Assembly (NCBI RefSeq): GCF_006345805.1
Contig: NW_021833270.1
Location: forward strand, 1-64,000
Reading direction: 5' to 3'
Length of the DNA: 64,000 bases
Origin: Octopus sinensis
Taxonomy: Eukaryota
The notes under the pieces were generated by a model. That model ran no database searches, was not told the origin of the DNA, and saw only the letters and a list, made by a program, of their open reading frames with translations. Below, one piece after another: positions 23,501 to 35,565 of the stretch (position 1 is the stretch's first letter; each line of letters opens with the position of its first letter). A program made the position numbers and the translations under genes.

Positions 23501-24059
23501 CCCCCAACATCACAGATAGAACCTGCTTTTTATATTGTGTCCATGTACAAGCACTTCTTTTCTTACATATATATTTTTATATTTTTTACATATTTTTATA
23601 TTTTTTATATATATTTTATTGCTTTATATATTTTTATATATATTTTCATGCACATTACATTTCACCCTTCATATTTGTGCATGTGCGTATAGGGACGTGT
23701 ATATGAACATAATAGTGCGCGTATGGGAATATATACGTGTGTGTGTGCGGGCATGTATATGTGAACATATGTATGGATGCATATATATGAATACTTATAG
23801 GTCTGTGTGCGCGGGTGTGCATGTATGTGTTTCACACGAGTGTGAGTGAGCATATGCATATATGCACATATACATGGGTGCGCATGCAGAGCAGAATTCC
23901 GCCCCGACATCCGAAAATCTAAGTTTTATTATGGCAACCGACTAATTGTCACATATTATATTATAGATAAATTCCTCTATTTACATAATATGGAGGTCTC
24001 ATTTATTCTTCTGTTGTCATATTATTGTTATGAGATATATATATATATATTATATATAT

Positions 24060-24730
24060 GTAAAACTGAGAGTGTGTGTCTGTCTATCTGTCTGTGGGAA
24101 TCCCTAAAACTTTAGAACTACACAACCAATTTCATTCACATTTTACACATGCCTTACTTAGGATCCATGGAGTGTCATGGGCATAAAAAAATCTTAACTT
24201 TTTCCCTAGGGCGACCCCACAGCAATATCATATCTTCACCACTATTTCAGCATTACATGTTAAAAGTAACACAAAAGCATCTCCCTATTAATGTCAGATA
24301 CTTTCACTTTAATACTGAAACTATTAAAGTCAAACCATTATATAAGAGGGATGAACCATTAACAGTGGACATCCATTTTGCCAGAAGATCCTCTATGGTC
24401 TTATATGCTACACCACTGGGTTTCAATTCATATTAATCAAATTAATATTCAAATTTCTCACCCTTATTATGCTAAATTTAAATTTAAACCTAGGACCATG
24501 GGTTTTGGAACGAAGTTTGTTACCACACAGCCACACCTGCACCTATGTATATATATATATGTGTGTGTCTGTGTGTATGTGGGTATAGCTGTATATGTAT
24601 GCATTTATTTCTATATATATAGATGTATATGTATACATGTATATGTGTAGATGTATATATATATAGATATACATGTAATATGTACACATATATATTCACA
24701 TATATACATGCATACATATATACACCCATA

Positions 24731-24776
<46 letters not shown>

Positions 24777-25060
24777 TAGGTGCAGGTGTAGCTGTGTGGT
24801 AACAAACTTCGTTCCAAAACACATGGTCCTGGGTTTAGTCCCACTGTGTGGTGACTTGGCATGTGTCTTCTGCTATAGCCTCAGACCAACCAAAACCTTA
24901 TCAGTGGATTTTGTAGACAGAAACTGAAAGAAATCAATCGTATATATATGTATCTATATATGTAAGTCTCTGTGTGTCTTTGTGTTTCTCCCTCATCAAT
25001 GTTTCACAACTAGTGTTCGTTTATTTACATCTCCATAACTTACTGATTTCACAAGAATAA
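24060..25060 (+). mobile_element. Composite unit: Helitron-like 5' segment + microsatellite + degenerate SINE A; paralogous to 28225-29000
   Basis: Shared gaatccctaaaac..gaactacacaacc.atttcattc start and shared SINE-diagnostic changes (ttccaaaaca, tagcctcagacca, gaaagaaatcaa). Confidence 0.65.
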
Positions 25061-25504
25061 GTACCAGGCTTATCAAAATTAAAAAAAATACACTAGGCAG
25101 TATCTCCATATTTTTGTTTGCCCTCACAATTTATCTTTGTGTGTTTGGTGTGTGAGTGTTGTATACATACATATATCTATATATAGATATATATATATTA
25201 TATATATATATATATATTATATTATGGATTTAGTAGACCAGAAACTTAAAGAAATCAATCGTATATATATGTATGTTATATTTAAGTGTAAGTGTGACTT
25301 TGTTTCTGTGTTTTACCCTCATCACTGCTTCACAACTGCTGTTCGTAATGACATCCCCATAACTTACTGGTTTCACAAGAAGAAACTAATAGAATAAGTA
25401 CCAGACTTATCAACATAAAAAAGCACTACGCTATGTCCTCTATTTTTGTTTGCCCACTCAGTTGTATCTATCAATTTATCTTTGTGTGTGTGTGTGTATG
25501 TATG

Positions 25505-25546
<42 letters not shown>

Positions 25547-25666
25547 CACACACACACACACACATAATATATATAATATATATACACACACACATATATA
25601 TATATATACACACACCACCACATACACACATATATATATATATATAATATATATATATAATATATA

Positions 25667-25973
25667 TACAAAATTAAGGCGAAAGAAAAATTCTAATGCC
25701 AAATATGCCGAAAAAAGGCAAAAATTGTCAATAACCATTATAATTTATGCGTCTCGAAACAAACCGATAGAAATTCCTAAAAAATCCGTTATTACCGCAT
25801 TGGTCCCAATTTCGGGGTTAATTCATAAGAATTTTCCCTTCTTCAGCGATAAATTCGTGAGATATAAGTGAAATACTTTCTTACACCCATGGAAAAAGCA
25901 AGCACTAATTCCTAATTCAGGACAATGCCCATGTCACAAGGTTAAGGTGGTCATGAACTTCCTCAAGGCTATG

Positions 25974-26050
<77 letters not shown>

Positions 26051-26298
26051 GTATGGGTGTATATATGTATGCATGTATATATGTGAATATATATGTGTAC
26101 ATATTACTAATTTATCGCTGAAGAAGGGAAAATTCTTATGAATTAACCCCGAAATTGGGACCAATGCAGTAATAACGGATTTTTTAGGAATTTCTATCGG
26201 TTTGTTTCGAGACGCATAAATTATAATGGTTATTGACAATTTTTGCCTTTTTTTCGGCATATTTGGCATTAGAATTTTTCTTTCGCCCTAATTTTGTA
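25667..26298. repeat. Fold-back element with ~190-bp near-identical inverted arms (25667-25855 / 26109-26298)
   Basis: About 2 mismatches between the arms; TA on both outer sides. The spacer holds a mariner-like scrap (IQDNAHVTR-like) and (TG)n. Confidence 0.85.
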
Positions 26299-26423
26299 AA
26301 TTATTTGTAAATTTAACCTTTAAAGGTATTTTTTGATATGCTGGCCATTGATAAAAAATTTTTCCCGAAAAAATTTTATCCTACATTAGTTATATATATA
26401 TATATATATATATTATCATATAG

Positions 26424-26457
<34 letters not shown>

Positions 26458-26472
26458 TATATATCTATATAG

Positions 26473-26506
<34 letters not shown>

Positions 26507-26519
26507 CATATGTGTACAT

Positions 26520-28198
26520 TCATATTTATTATATCAAAGACAAGTTTTTTTTATGTTCGTGTATTACTTATACATTCGAAAACTGCTGCACCGATCATAA
26601 TGAAATTTGGAACTCAAAATCGAAGCCATGGGAGAAGGGTAATGTTGTGCGTTTCATAAATTTCATGGACTAAAATTACTGAATGGATCCTTATGATATT
26701 TGAAACTTAGATTCAATGCATAAGGGCGAGTATAATGCAATATGTTTGGTTTGAATTTCAGATGGCTTAAAGGGAGCAGAACCCCCCATGAAAATTCATA
26801 AATTTTCGATGTTGATGAAATTTCAACCATGGGTAATTGACACACATCAAGAAGTATTCTCAACGTTTCCACTTCACATGAGGATTCTAAGACACCCTAA
26901 TGTGGGCCTTAACTCCCAAATTTTAGTAATTTCTTTTATGATCCAAAACTAAGTCAAAAGTACTGAATGGATCTTTACGAAATTTGGAAATTATATTCTA
27001 TGCATAAGGGCCACAACCCCCATGAAAATTCATATATTTTTGCTGTTGATGAAATTTTAACCATAGATATTAGATACAAATGAAGTAATATTTCTAAAAT
27101 TTCATCTTCTTACAAGTTAGAAAGACCCCTTCATGGGGACTTAACACCCACAATTTAGTCATTTTATCTAAGCAAAGACAAATAGTTGTACTCTTGGAAG
27201 CTGTGAGGTCATCCGAGCATAGACGATGAGCATTATTTGTAATTCAATGGTACAACAGTGTAAGAGTTTGCTTTGACATATACTTAGATTGTGATTTCTG
27301 CGATGTGCTGCATAAATTGTGAAGTAAATGAGAGGCATCTTTGCCTCCACTGATTCAGTTGCAAAGTGTTGAGTAAAGTTATTTAATTGCAGATCTCCTT
27401 TCCGTCTTTTTATTATCACTGGGTCACACATAGTCCCCACATGGTAACATTAATTTCAAGGCCTTCCCAGATGAGTGACTGGTTATTCAAAGACATTTAT
27501 AGATTGTATATATATTCTGTCCATTTACGTATCAGTATAGTGGTCATTTGCAAACTCCAACTTTCATTTCTCCTTAGCCCTAACGTCACACATTTGTTAA
27601 TGTTTATTTCAGTTGGATCACGCCCTTCCAATTGCTATAGATTCGTAATGCATCTTACGGCTGTGCCTGTCACCTGCATGGTGAGGAATACTACATTGGG
27701 AGTGGTAACGACTAGGGCACTGTAGCTGACTGCTTATTGTGATCATTCGTCTTTTGGTTTCCTGTAGCTTTGCTCTCTTTTACAAACCCAGTGAGCATAT
27801 ATTTCCTATTTCAAAGAAATTCAAACAATAGATATAAGACCCAAGTTAAAAAGATTCTCAACAATTCAACTTCTGTGGTTGACATTAAGATGCCCACCCC
27901 CAATAGGGACGTTAACTCTCACATTTTAGAGCACCATGACCTCCATTCTTCAGGAGCAAAATCCTTTTAACAGGTCTATAAGACTGGAATTTTGGAATAT
28001 GCGCATAAAAATCAGTAGTATGGGATACATGTGGCACGATTACAATTTTTTGGGGGTGTGTAAAGAGGGAAATAACCCTCATCTGCAATTTTGATGAAAT
28101 TCGAAACATAGGTATTCCAGTTCATTACAGAAAATATAACAGAAAAGTCTAATTCTCCAATTGTATGTAACTCTGGCAACACCGGGTAACTCTGCTAG
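26520..28198 (+). mobile_element. Probable non-autonomous Helitron (~1.7 kb) with internal degenerate repeats
   Basis: 3' end ctctggcaacaccggg-taactctg-CTAG^T (28171-28199) resembles the Helitron end at 14436-14464. The 5' segment has the ccgatcataatgaaattt motif. 5' boundary is approximate. Confidence 0.6.
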
Positions 28199-29000
<802 letters not shown>

Positions 29001-29089
29001 TGAGAGAAATATGAGCAATATCTGAAGTCGCTAAAGGTGCAATAAATTGAACTTCTTTTGATTTAGTAGTTAGTGATCTGCAAATGTGG

Positions 29090-29480
29090 GTATCTTAGAG
29101 ATGGTCAAAGTGTTTGTTGTAGCTGTAATTGTCGCACACACACAAACAAATAAAAACACACAGTCGCTCACACACGTACACACAGAAATGAAAACACTCT
29201 CACACACAGACACACACAAACACTGAAATGAAAATACACACACACGCACGCACGCACTCGAGCACACAAAAATAAAAACACTCACTCACTCACACACACG
29301 CGCACAAACACAAACACGGAAATGAAAATAGCCACACACACTCACACACAGTTACAAACTCACACACCGGGAAATGAAAACACACATTTACACACTCACT
29401 CACTCACACACACACTCAGGCACAAACATTGAACTGGAAACACTATGTCACACAGAAGTGAAATCACACACACACACACA
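29090..29480. repeat. CA-rich degenerate minisatellite anchored by gaaatgaaaa
   Basis: The motif recurs 4-5 times at roughly 40-85 bp spacing among (CA)n. Confidence 0.6.
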
Positions 29481-30352
29481 GACTGCCTGACCCACACACT
29501 CATACAATTTCTTCAGAATGTCAGTTTTAAGGTCAACATATTTAAAGCATAAATAGCAACAAGTGCGCATCTTTGCATGTATCTATGTGTATGTGTGTTC
29601 GGATGTATGTGTGTTTGTGCGTGTGTGAGCACAGTCCACACATACGCCCCCGTAACTTACCGGTTCGGCAAAAGAGAAAAAGTTAGAATAAGTACTACAT
29701 CCGAACACACATGCACACATATATATATATGTATTTATATATATATATATATATATGTATAAATACATGCATTCATACACATACCCGTGTATATACCCAC
29801 ACACGCATATATACTATACTTGATCAAGTCCAAAGGGTAGTACTAGATATTGTGAGTGTAATTAAATGTAAATTATAAGCGAGTCGATGTTTATTTGTTA
29901 AAGTTAACAGCAGAAAAGTTGCAAGTGTATGTTTGCCTCTTCCTGCGCGAATGCAAGTGTGGCCTTCACATGCGAAAAACAAACGCGCCTAAATTTTAAA
30001 CTGTCACGTCTTTTATTAATATGATTCAAGGGAAGGAACTCTAAAAGTTGATTTTCTGTTATCTCCCTTATTTAGGTAGTTAATAGAATATAAACTTTTC
30101 TGGTTATTTTCTGTTTTACACACTTTTAATTTTTTCAGTTATTTCACTGCGGCCATGGTGGAGCAATGCTTTTATTCGGGCAAATCGACAACAGGACTTA
30201 TACTTTGTAGGCCTAGTATTTAAACTATCGGTCCCTTTTCCCGAACCGCTAAGTTACGAGGACGTGTGTGCACCAGCACTAGTTGTCCAGCGATGTTGGA
30301 GAGATAAACAGACATACAAACGTTATATATATAAAACACAACACACACCTGT

Positions 30353-30398
<46 letters not shown>

Positions 30399-30478
30399 GT
30401 AGTTATATAATATAATTATATATATATATATATATATATATTATGTAAGCGAGAAAGAAGCAACAAGAATGGATAGGT

Positions 30479-30565
30479 TTTTAGTACAATCGTTTCATAC
30501 AAGACGGCTTTATTAAAAGTTGCAAAAATTACAGCATATACGTGTCCCGTACTCATCAGCTAAAA
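30479..30565 (-). ncRNA. Type I hammerhead motif with an enlarged stem-loop II; core intact
   Basis: Minus strand: UUUUAG-CUGAUGA-GUACGGGAC(38 nt containing AAUAAA)GUCUUGUAU-GAAAC(GAUU)GUA^-CUAAAA. Stem I is 6 bp and stem II is 9 bp. Confidence 0.72.
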
Positions 30566-30816
30566 TACATGTGAGTTCTCTAGACATCCTAGTGGTTGAG
30601 GCTATACTCATGAAGTAATGTAGATAATTAAGTAACATAAACAATTTCAAAGTTCATTAAAGTTCTTTTTTAAAATTCTGTGATAAGACTGTACGTCATC
30701 TTTAAAGAACTTTAAAGAACTTTAATGAACTTTGGAATCTGTTTATGTTACTTAATTATCTACATTACTTCATGAGTATAGCCTCAACCACTAGGATTCT
30801 AGAGAACTCACATGTA

Positions 30817-30905
30817 TTTTAGCTGATGAGTACGGGACACGTTTATATGCTGTAATTTTTGAACTTTTAATAAAGCCTGTCCTTGTATAAACGATTGTAC
30901 TAAAA
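30817..30905 (+). ncRNA. Hammerhead motif copy lacking G12 (probably inactive)
   Basis: CUGAUGA at 30823-29, but GAAAC reads AAAC at 30889-92. Confidence 0.55.
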
Positions 30906-31109
30906 ACCTTCCATTCTTGTTGCTTCTTTCTCGCTTATAATCACCCCACATTACTGTAGTGTTAAAACAGTATAGTTTTTTTTGGTGCTCTAAGTTAGGT
31001 ACCATATTCAAGTAAATTCATTTAATTAACTTGAATCTTTATTGCTTTTTGTATATATATATATATTATATATATATATATATATATACCTATATTATGT
31101 CTGTGTGTA

Positions 31110-31256
31110 TGTTCCGTCTATCAATTACTACTCACAAGGATTTTGTGGGCACGGGCTATATTAGAAGACACTAGCCCAAGACGCCACGCAGTGGAACTGA
31201 ACCCAGATCACTGTCTTTCGTAGGCAAGCTACTTATCACACAGCCACTCCTTCGCC
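31110..31256 (-). mobile_element. SINE family A head half
   Basis: Reverse complement of gcgaaggagtggctgtgtgataag... Confidence 0.7.
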
Positions 31257-31259
31257 TAT

Positions 31260-31300
<41 letters not shown>

Positions 31301-31332
31301 TACATACATAAATATATATATATATATATAGT

Positions 31333-31705
31333 AAAAGCAATTAAGATTCAAGTCAGTTCTAATGAATTCACTTGAATGCGGTACTTAACTTAGATGCACC
31401 AGAAAACTATATGGTATTAACCATACAATAATGTGGGGTGATTATAAACGAGAAAAAAGCATCATCATTAAAGAACTTTGGAAGTCCGCTTACAACCTGA
31501 ATTTGCTTTTTATAAAATTATCTCCGATACTTCATGAGTGTAGCCTCACCCACTAAGATGTTTGGAGAACTCATATGTGTTTTAGCTGATGAGTACAGGA
31601 CACTTTTATCTGCTGCAATATTTGCAACTTTTAATAAAGCCTGTCTTTGTATGAAACAATTGTACTAAAAACTAATCCATTCTTGTTGCTTTTTTTCTCG
31701 TTTAT
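31333..31705. mobile_element. Inverted pair 2 of the second hammerhead-bearing repeat (31333-31461 minus, 31468-31705 plus)
   Basis: The left arm is the reverse complement of the 3' extension seen at 30925-31050; the right arm is homologous to 30714-30938. (TA)n on both sides. Confidence 0.75.
31580..31670 (+). ncRNA. Type I hammerhead motif with an enlarged stem-loop II; core intact
   Basis: UUUUAG-CUGAUGA(31586-92)-GUACAGGAC...GUCUUUGUAU-GAAAC(31653-57)AAUU-GUA^(31662-64)-CUAAAA. Stem III and its loop form the perfect palindrome ACAAUUGU. Confidence 0.72.
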
Positions 31706-33409
31706 ATATATATATATATATATAAGTGGGGTGTGTAGCATGCTTACCAACCACACGGTACCTGGTGCAGTCCCACTGCAGGCACCTTAGACAAGCGTTT
31801 TCTTGTATCGTCCCGGGCCGACTAAATCCTCATGATTCGATTTGGTATCGGAAATTGAAAAAAGCCTGTCGTATACAAAACACAGAAGTGAAAGCACACA
31901 CACACACATTGGCTGACCCACACACTCATACAATTTCATTAGAATGTCACGGTTTTAAGGTCAACATATTTAAAGCATAAATACCTACAAGTGTGCATCT
32001 TTACATGCATCTTTACATGTATATGTGTGTGTGTTCGGACGTATGTGTGTTTGTGCGTGTGTGAGCACAGTCCACACATACGCCCCCGTAACTTAACGGT
32101 TCGGCAAAAGAGAAAAAGTTAGAATAAGTACTAGGCTTCCAAAGAATAAGTCCTGGGGTACGTCTGAGGCTTAATGTTACTGAGGACTGTTTGCTCATCA
32201 CTAGAAGCCGAAGTGCCAAACGTCCATGAGAGATCTTTCCTGGGGGTCTCATTGCAACATTCGATAAGCTGAAAGACTACATCGTTACTTGTGAGATGCA
32301 TGGCTTGTTTGTAATCTGACCATCTCAGTTCAAATTAAGCCCGATCCTCACCATTTCCAGCTGCAGAGATGATGGGGCAGCGGGCCTTCTCGTGTGACAC
32401 TTTCATTGGTGCGGCCAGTTGCTCAGCCGTCCAATGGATAGTGACGTCTACAAAGCAAAGCAAGGGTTACAGGAATAAAAAGGATCAATGAATATAATTA
32501 TAATTGATAGTGGAAAGAGAAATCTCAAATGTGCAAGTGTACAAGAAAATTGTTGAACCACATAGATAACAGGACATATCAGAAATATCTTCTTATGCGG
32601 CAATGAATATTATTATGTAACTAAACCATTTCATCTTTACAAATATGTGTAACATGAAATCAAGATGTACTGTGAATGATGGTTAACAATAGAAGAACGA
32701 ATTATATGATGCTTTCCGTGGTTATATTTCTCCTATTCTAGTAGGGGATGAGGCATGATTGGACAAAGCATTAACCTTTGCCCTCATCCCTGCTTTTCAA
32801 TGCTAAACCCGATATAAAACCGTGATCAACACTCTACCGTTCTCATCACCCCAAAGCCTAACTCCTAGTTCAAACTTTGATCTCTTACCTAATTATTCTC
32901 TCTAAAAACCGTTCACAAATCCCCAAGCTGACCCTAATATAGACTAAACTCAGAACACAAATCATAACAGCAAACCCTCACCAACATAAGAAAAACCACT
33001 TACCTTTGGCCATTTGGGATTTATAATACAAGGCATGATATGCAAACAACAAGCAAAATATCAACCAACATTTGAAAGTCAAGTTTTATTTGTGTGTCGA
33101 ATCATGAAATACACTTGTTAAATAAATACAGTTGTCCTTACATTTACACAGTACATTGCTTCCACAAGTCATCAAACTAATAATTTTCATGCGAAATGAA
33201 ATTGATGTTTTTATTTATAATATAAACAAATTAATTATTGAAATTAATATAAGAAATACAATTAACGTGTATGTGTGTCATCATCATTTAACATTCGTTT
33301 TTCATGTTGTCATGGGTTGGACTATTTCACATGATCTGAGATGAATTACTACACTTACCTCTAATGTCTGTTTTGACATGGTTTCTATGTCTTAGAAAAG
33401 TTTTGGTAA

Positions 33410-33830
33410 CTCTGACAGTTTCCAGCGCACAATGCTACAATACAGAAATACACCTGACTGAGACACACACTTGTCCCCAGCCATGTGCATCTTTGGCAGC
33501 CCAATACAATACTTTATTCTCATCCATCTCAGCAAGTACCAGTCACATTCCATATTGCATGAGACTATGACTTCTCGAAAAGAAGACCTGCGTAACCGCC
33601 ACATGCGTGCTACTGAACGGTTGTCCAAACACACATGCTCACTTCTACCACTGACTTTCGGACAATGTCCTAATCCAAAGCCATGTTGGACCCAATCCTA
33701 CAAATGGGAGAAAAACTGGTACCATCGTAGATGTACACCAGTTCGATCCGTACATGGTGAGAGTGGATGGCTCAGGCCGAGTCACACTGTGCAACAGAAA
33801 ATACCTCTGTAAATATCTACTCGTTCTTCC
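33410..33830 (+). mobile_element. Gypsy LTR retrotransposon integrase C-terminal relic
   Basis: FQRTMLQYRNTPD..LSPAMCIFGSPI..LRNRHMRATERLSKHT and [18 protein letters not shown]. Confidence 0.8.
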
Positions 33831-34419
33831 CCGTGCACCACTGCTCATGGTGCCTGAACCACGTGCATTCCTCACACCAACACCAATGACAAGACTACCT
33901 TTAACATCAGCTCATTCAGCTGCACCACCAATGCCCTCTTCCCGAATCCAAAATTACCATGACCAGAAACATATCTCACTACCTACACACAGAGCCACGC
34001 CAACTAACACCACGTTCCCAAAAATGGTCGTACTCCGACACCCCTTCAAGACCCTGCCCTCCAAGAGCAACCCTTATCTGATGCAGTTTATCCCCCATCC
34101 AGACTCGCAAAGACTGACACAAAAGCCTGACGCACAACTGACACACTGCACCTTGATCGTCACACCATCAATATTGATTAACTGTCTCTCACACTAATTA
34201 TCACATTTTCGTTAACCATTTAATTCATATAATCAGTCTTCTTTGCTTCCCCTCAAATGACTTGGGGAAGGCATAGATGATTACAACGGAACACATATAT
34301 CATCATTAATTACATTACATTCAATTAGCCATACATTATTCGTTTCATTATCCACCATGTTTTCCTTCACGTTTCAGGTATACTAAGGACTTTTTTTTTT
34401 CGTTGCTTCAATCTGTGTA

Positions 34420-35340
34420 CATAAAGTGTTTGTGAAAGCAAAGAGCTTTCACACTTATTTACTGATGAGTTTCTTCTTATATCTAAATCACTACCAGAAC
34501 TAGAGAACAAATTTCTCATATGGAAGCAAGGTCTAGAATTGAAAGGCCGTAGAGTTAACCTACCCAAAACCAAAGTCTTAGTAAGTAGGAAAGCAGACAA
34601 GTCATAAAGCCCTTCAGGTAGATGGACCTGATTAATCTGTAGGAAACGGGTTGATAGAAATTCCATAAGATATACTTTGTGTAACACATAATAGGTGTTG
34701 AAATATCAGAAGAAGGTAAACTGGGAAAATATTTTTTGTATGTGGAAGATGCACATGTACAGTAAACACTAAAAATGTACAGAAAATGGGCTTTATCAAA
34801 TGCCAGAGGTGGACGATAAAGATCGTTGAGTAACAAAGTCAGTAGCAGAGGTGGATGAACCAAGAGTGTGGCTGCAAGAATAAAAATAGGCTGAGCAAAT
34901 TCAGAGAGCTCCTTCCTCTGTTTGGTAACTAAGGGTCTCTCCTTCAGAGTGAAAGGAAGATTTCTGATGCCTGTGTTCAGACAGCTATGCTACATGGCAG
35001 TTAAACATGCACTGTGACTGCAGAGTACATGTATAGGCTTGGAGGAAATTAAGCTAGCATGCTTCAGTGGATGTGCAATGTCAGTGTGCATGTACAACAA
35101 AATCTAAATGTTTTGAGAGAAAAGTTAGGCATAAGGATCATCAGGTACAAGAGAGACGACTGAGCTGGTATGGACATGTGATGCATGTAGATGAGGACAG
35201 CTATCTGAAGAAGTGCTGATCTCTAACAGTTGAGAGAAGTTGTGGAATAAGTAAATATAAGAACACATGGGACGAGGTGGTAAAGCAGAATCTTTGACTG
35301 TTGGAAGTCACAGTGACCGATACCTTTGGTGACATGCCAT
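34420..35340 (+). mobile_element. RTE-clade LINE relic (RT C-terminal half)
   Basis: Decayed ..DEFLLISKSLPELENKFLIWKQGLELKGRRVNLPKTKV, AMLHGS, ERRLSWYGHVMHVDED, KNTWDEVVK. Confidence 0.8.
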
Positions 35341-35390
35341 GATTGAGAAGTCAATATATTGTAATTAATTTCTCCTCAATTAATTTTTTA

Positions 35391-35565
35391 CAACCTCTGC
35401 CCACAACACTCATGAAGTGCTTGGTGTTAGGAAGGGCATCGATCCATAGAAACAATGCCAAATCAGACTGGAGTCTGCTGGAGCCCCTCAGCTTACCAGC
35501 CCTGATGAAACTGTCCAACCCATGCCAGCATAGATAATGGACATTAAATGATGATGATGATGACG
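35391..35565 (+). mobile_element. Short repeat family D (ttaggaagggcatccagc...ccatgccagcatgg...(gat)n tail); also at 37180-37345, 42905-43066, 45085-45255, 51935-52192 and 59162-59345(-)
   Basis: Six or more related copies, repeatedly adjacent to RTE C-terminal fragments. Probably an RTE 3'UTR or an RTE-dependent SINE. Confidence 0.7.

Larger units (their letters stand above)
30446..31050. mobile_element. Inverted pair 1 of the second hammerhead-bearing repeat (arms 30446-30668 minus, 30714-31050 plus)
   Basis: About 220 bp of the two arms are highly similar reverse complements. Flanked by (TA)n. Confidence 0.8.
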
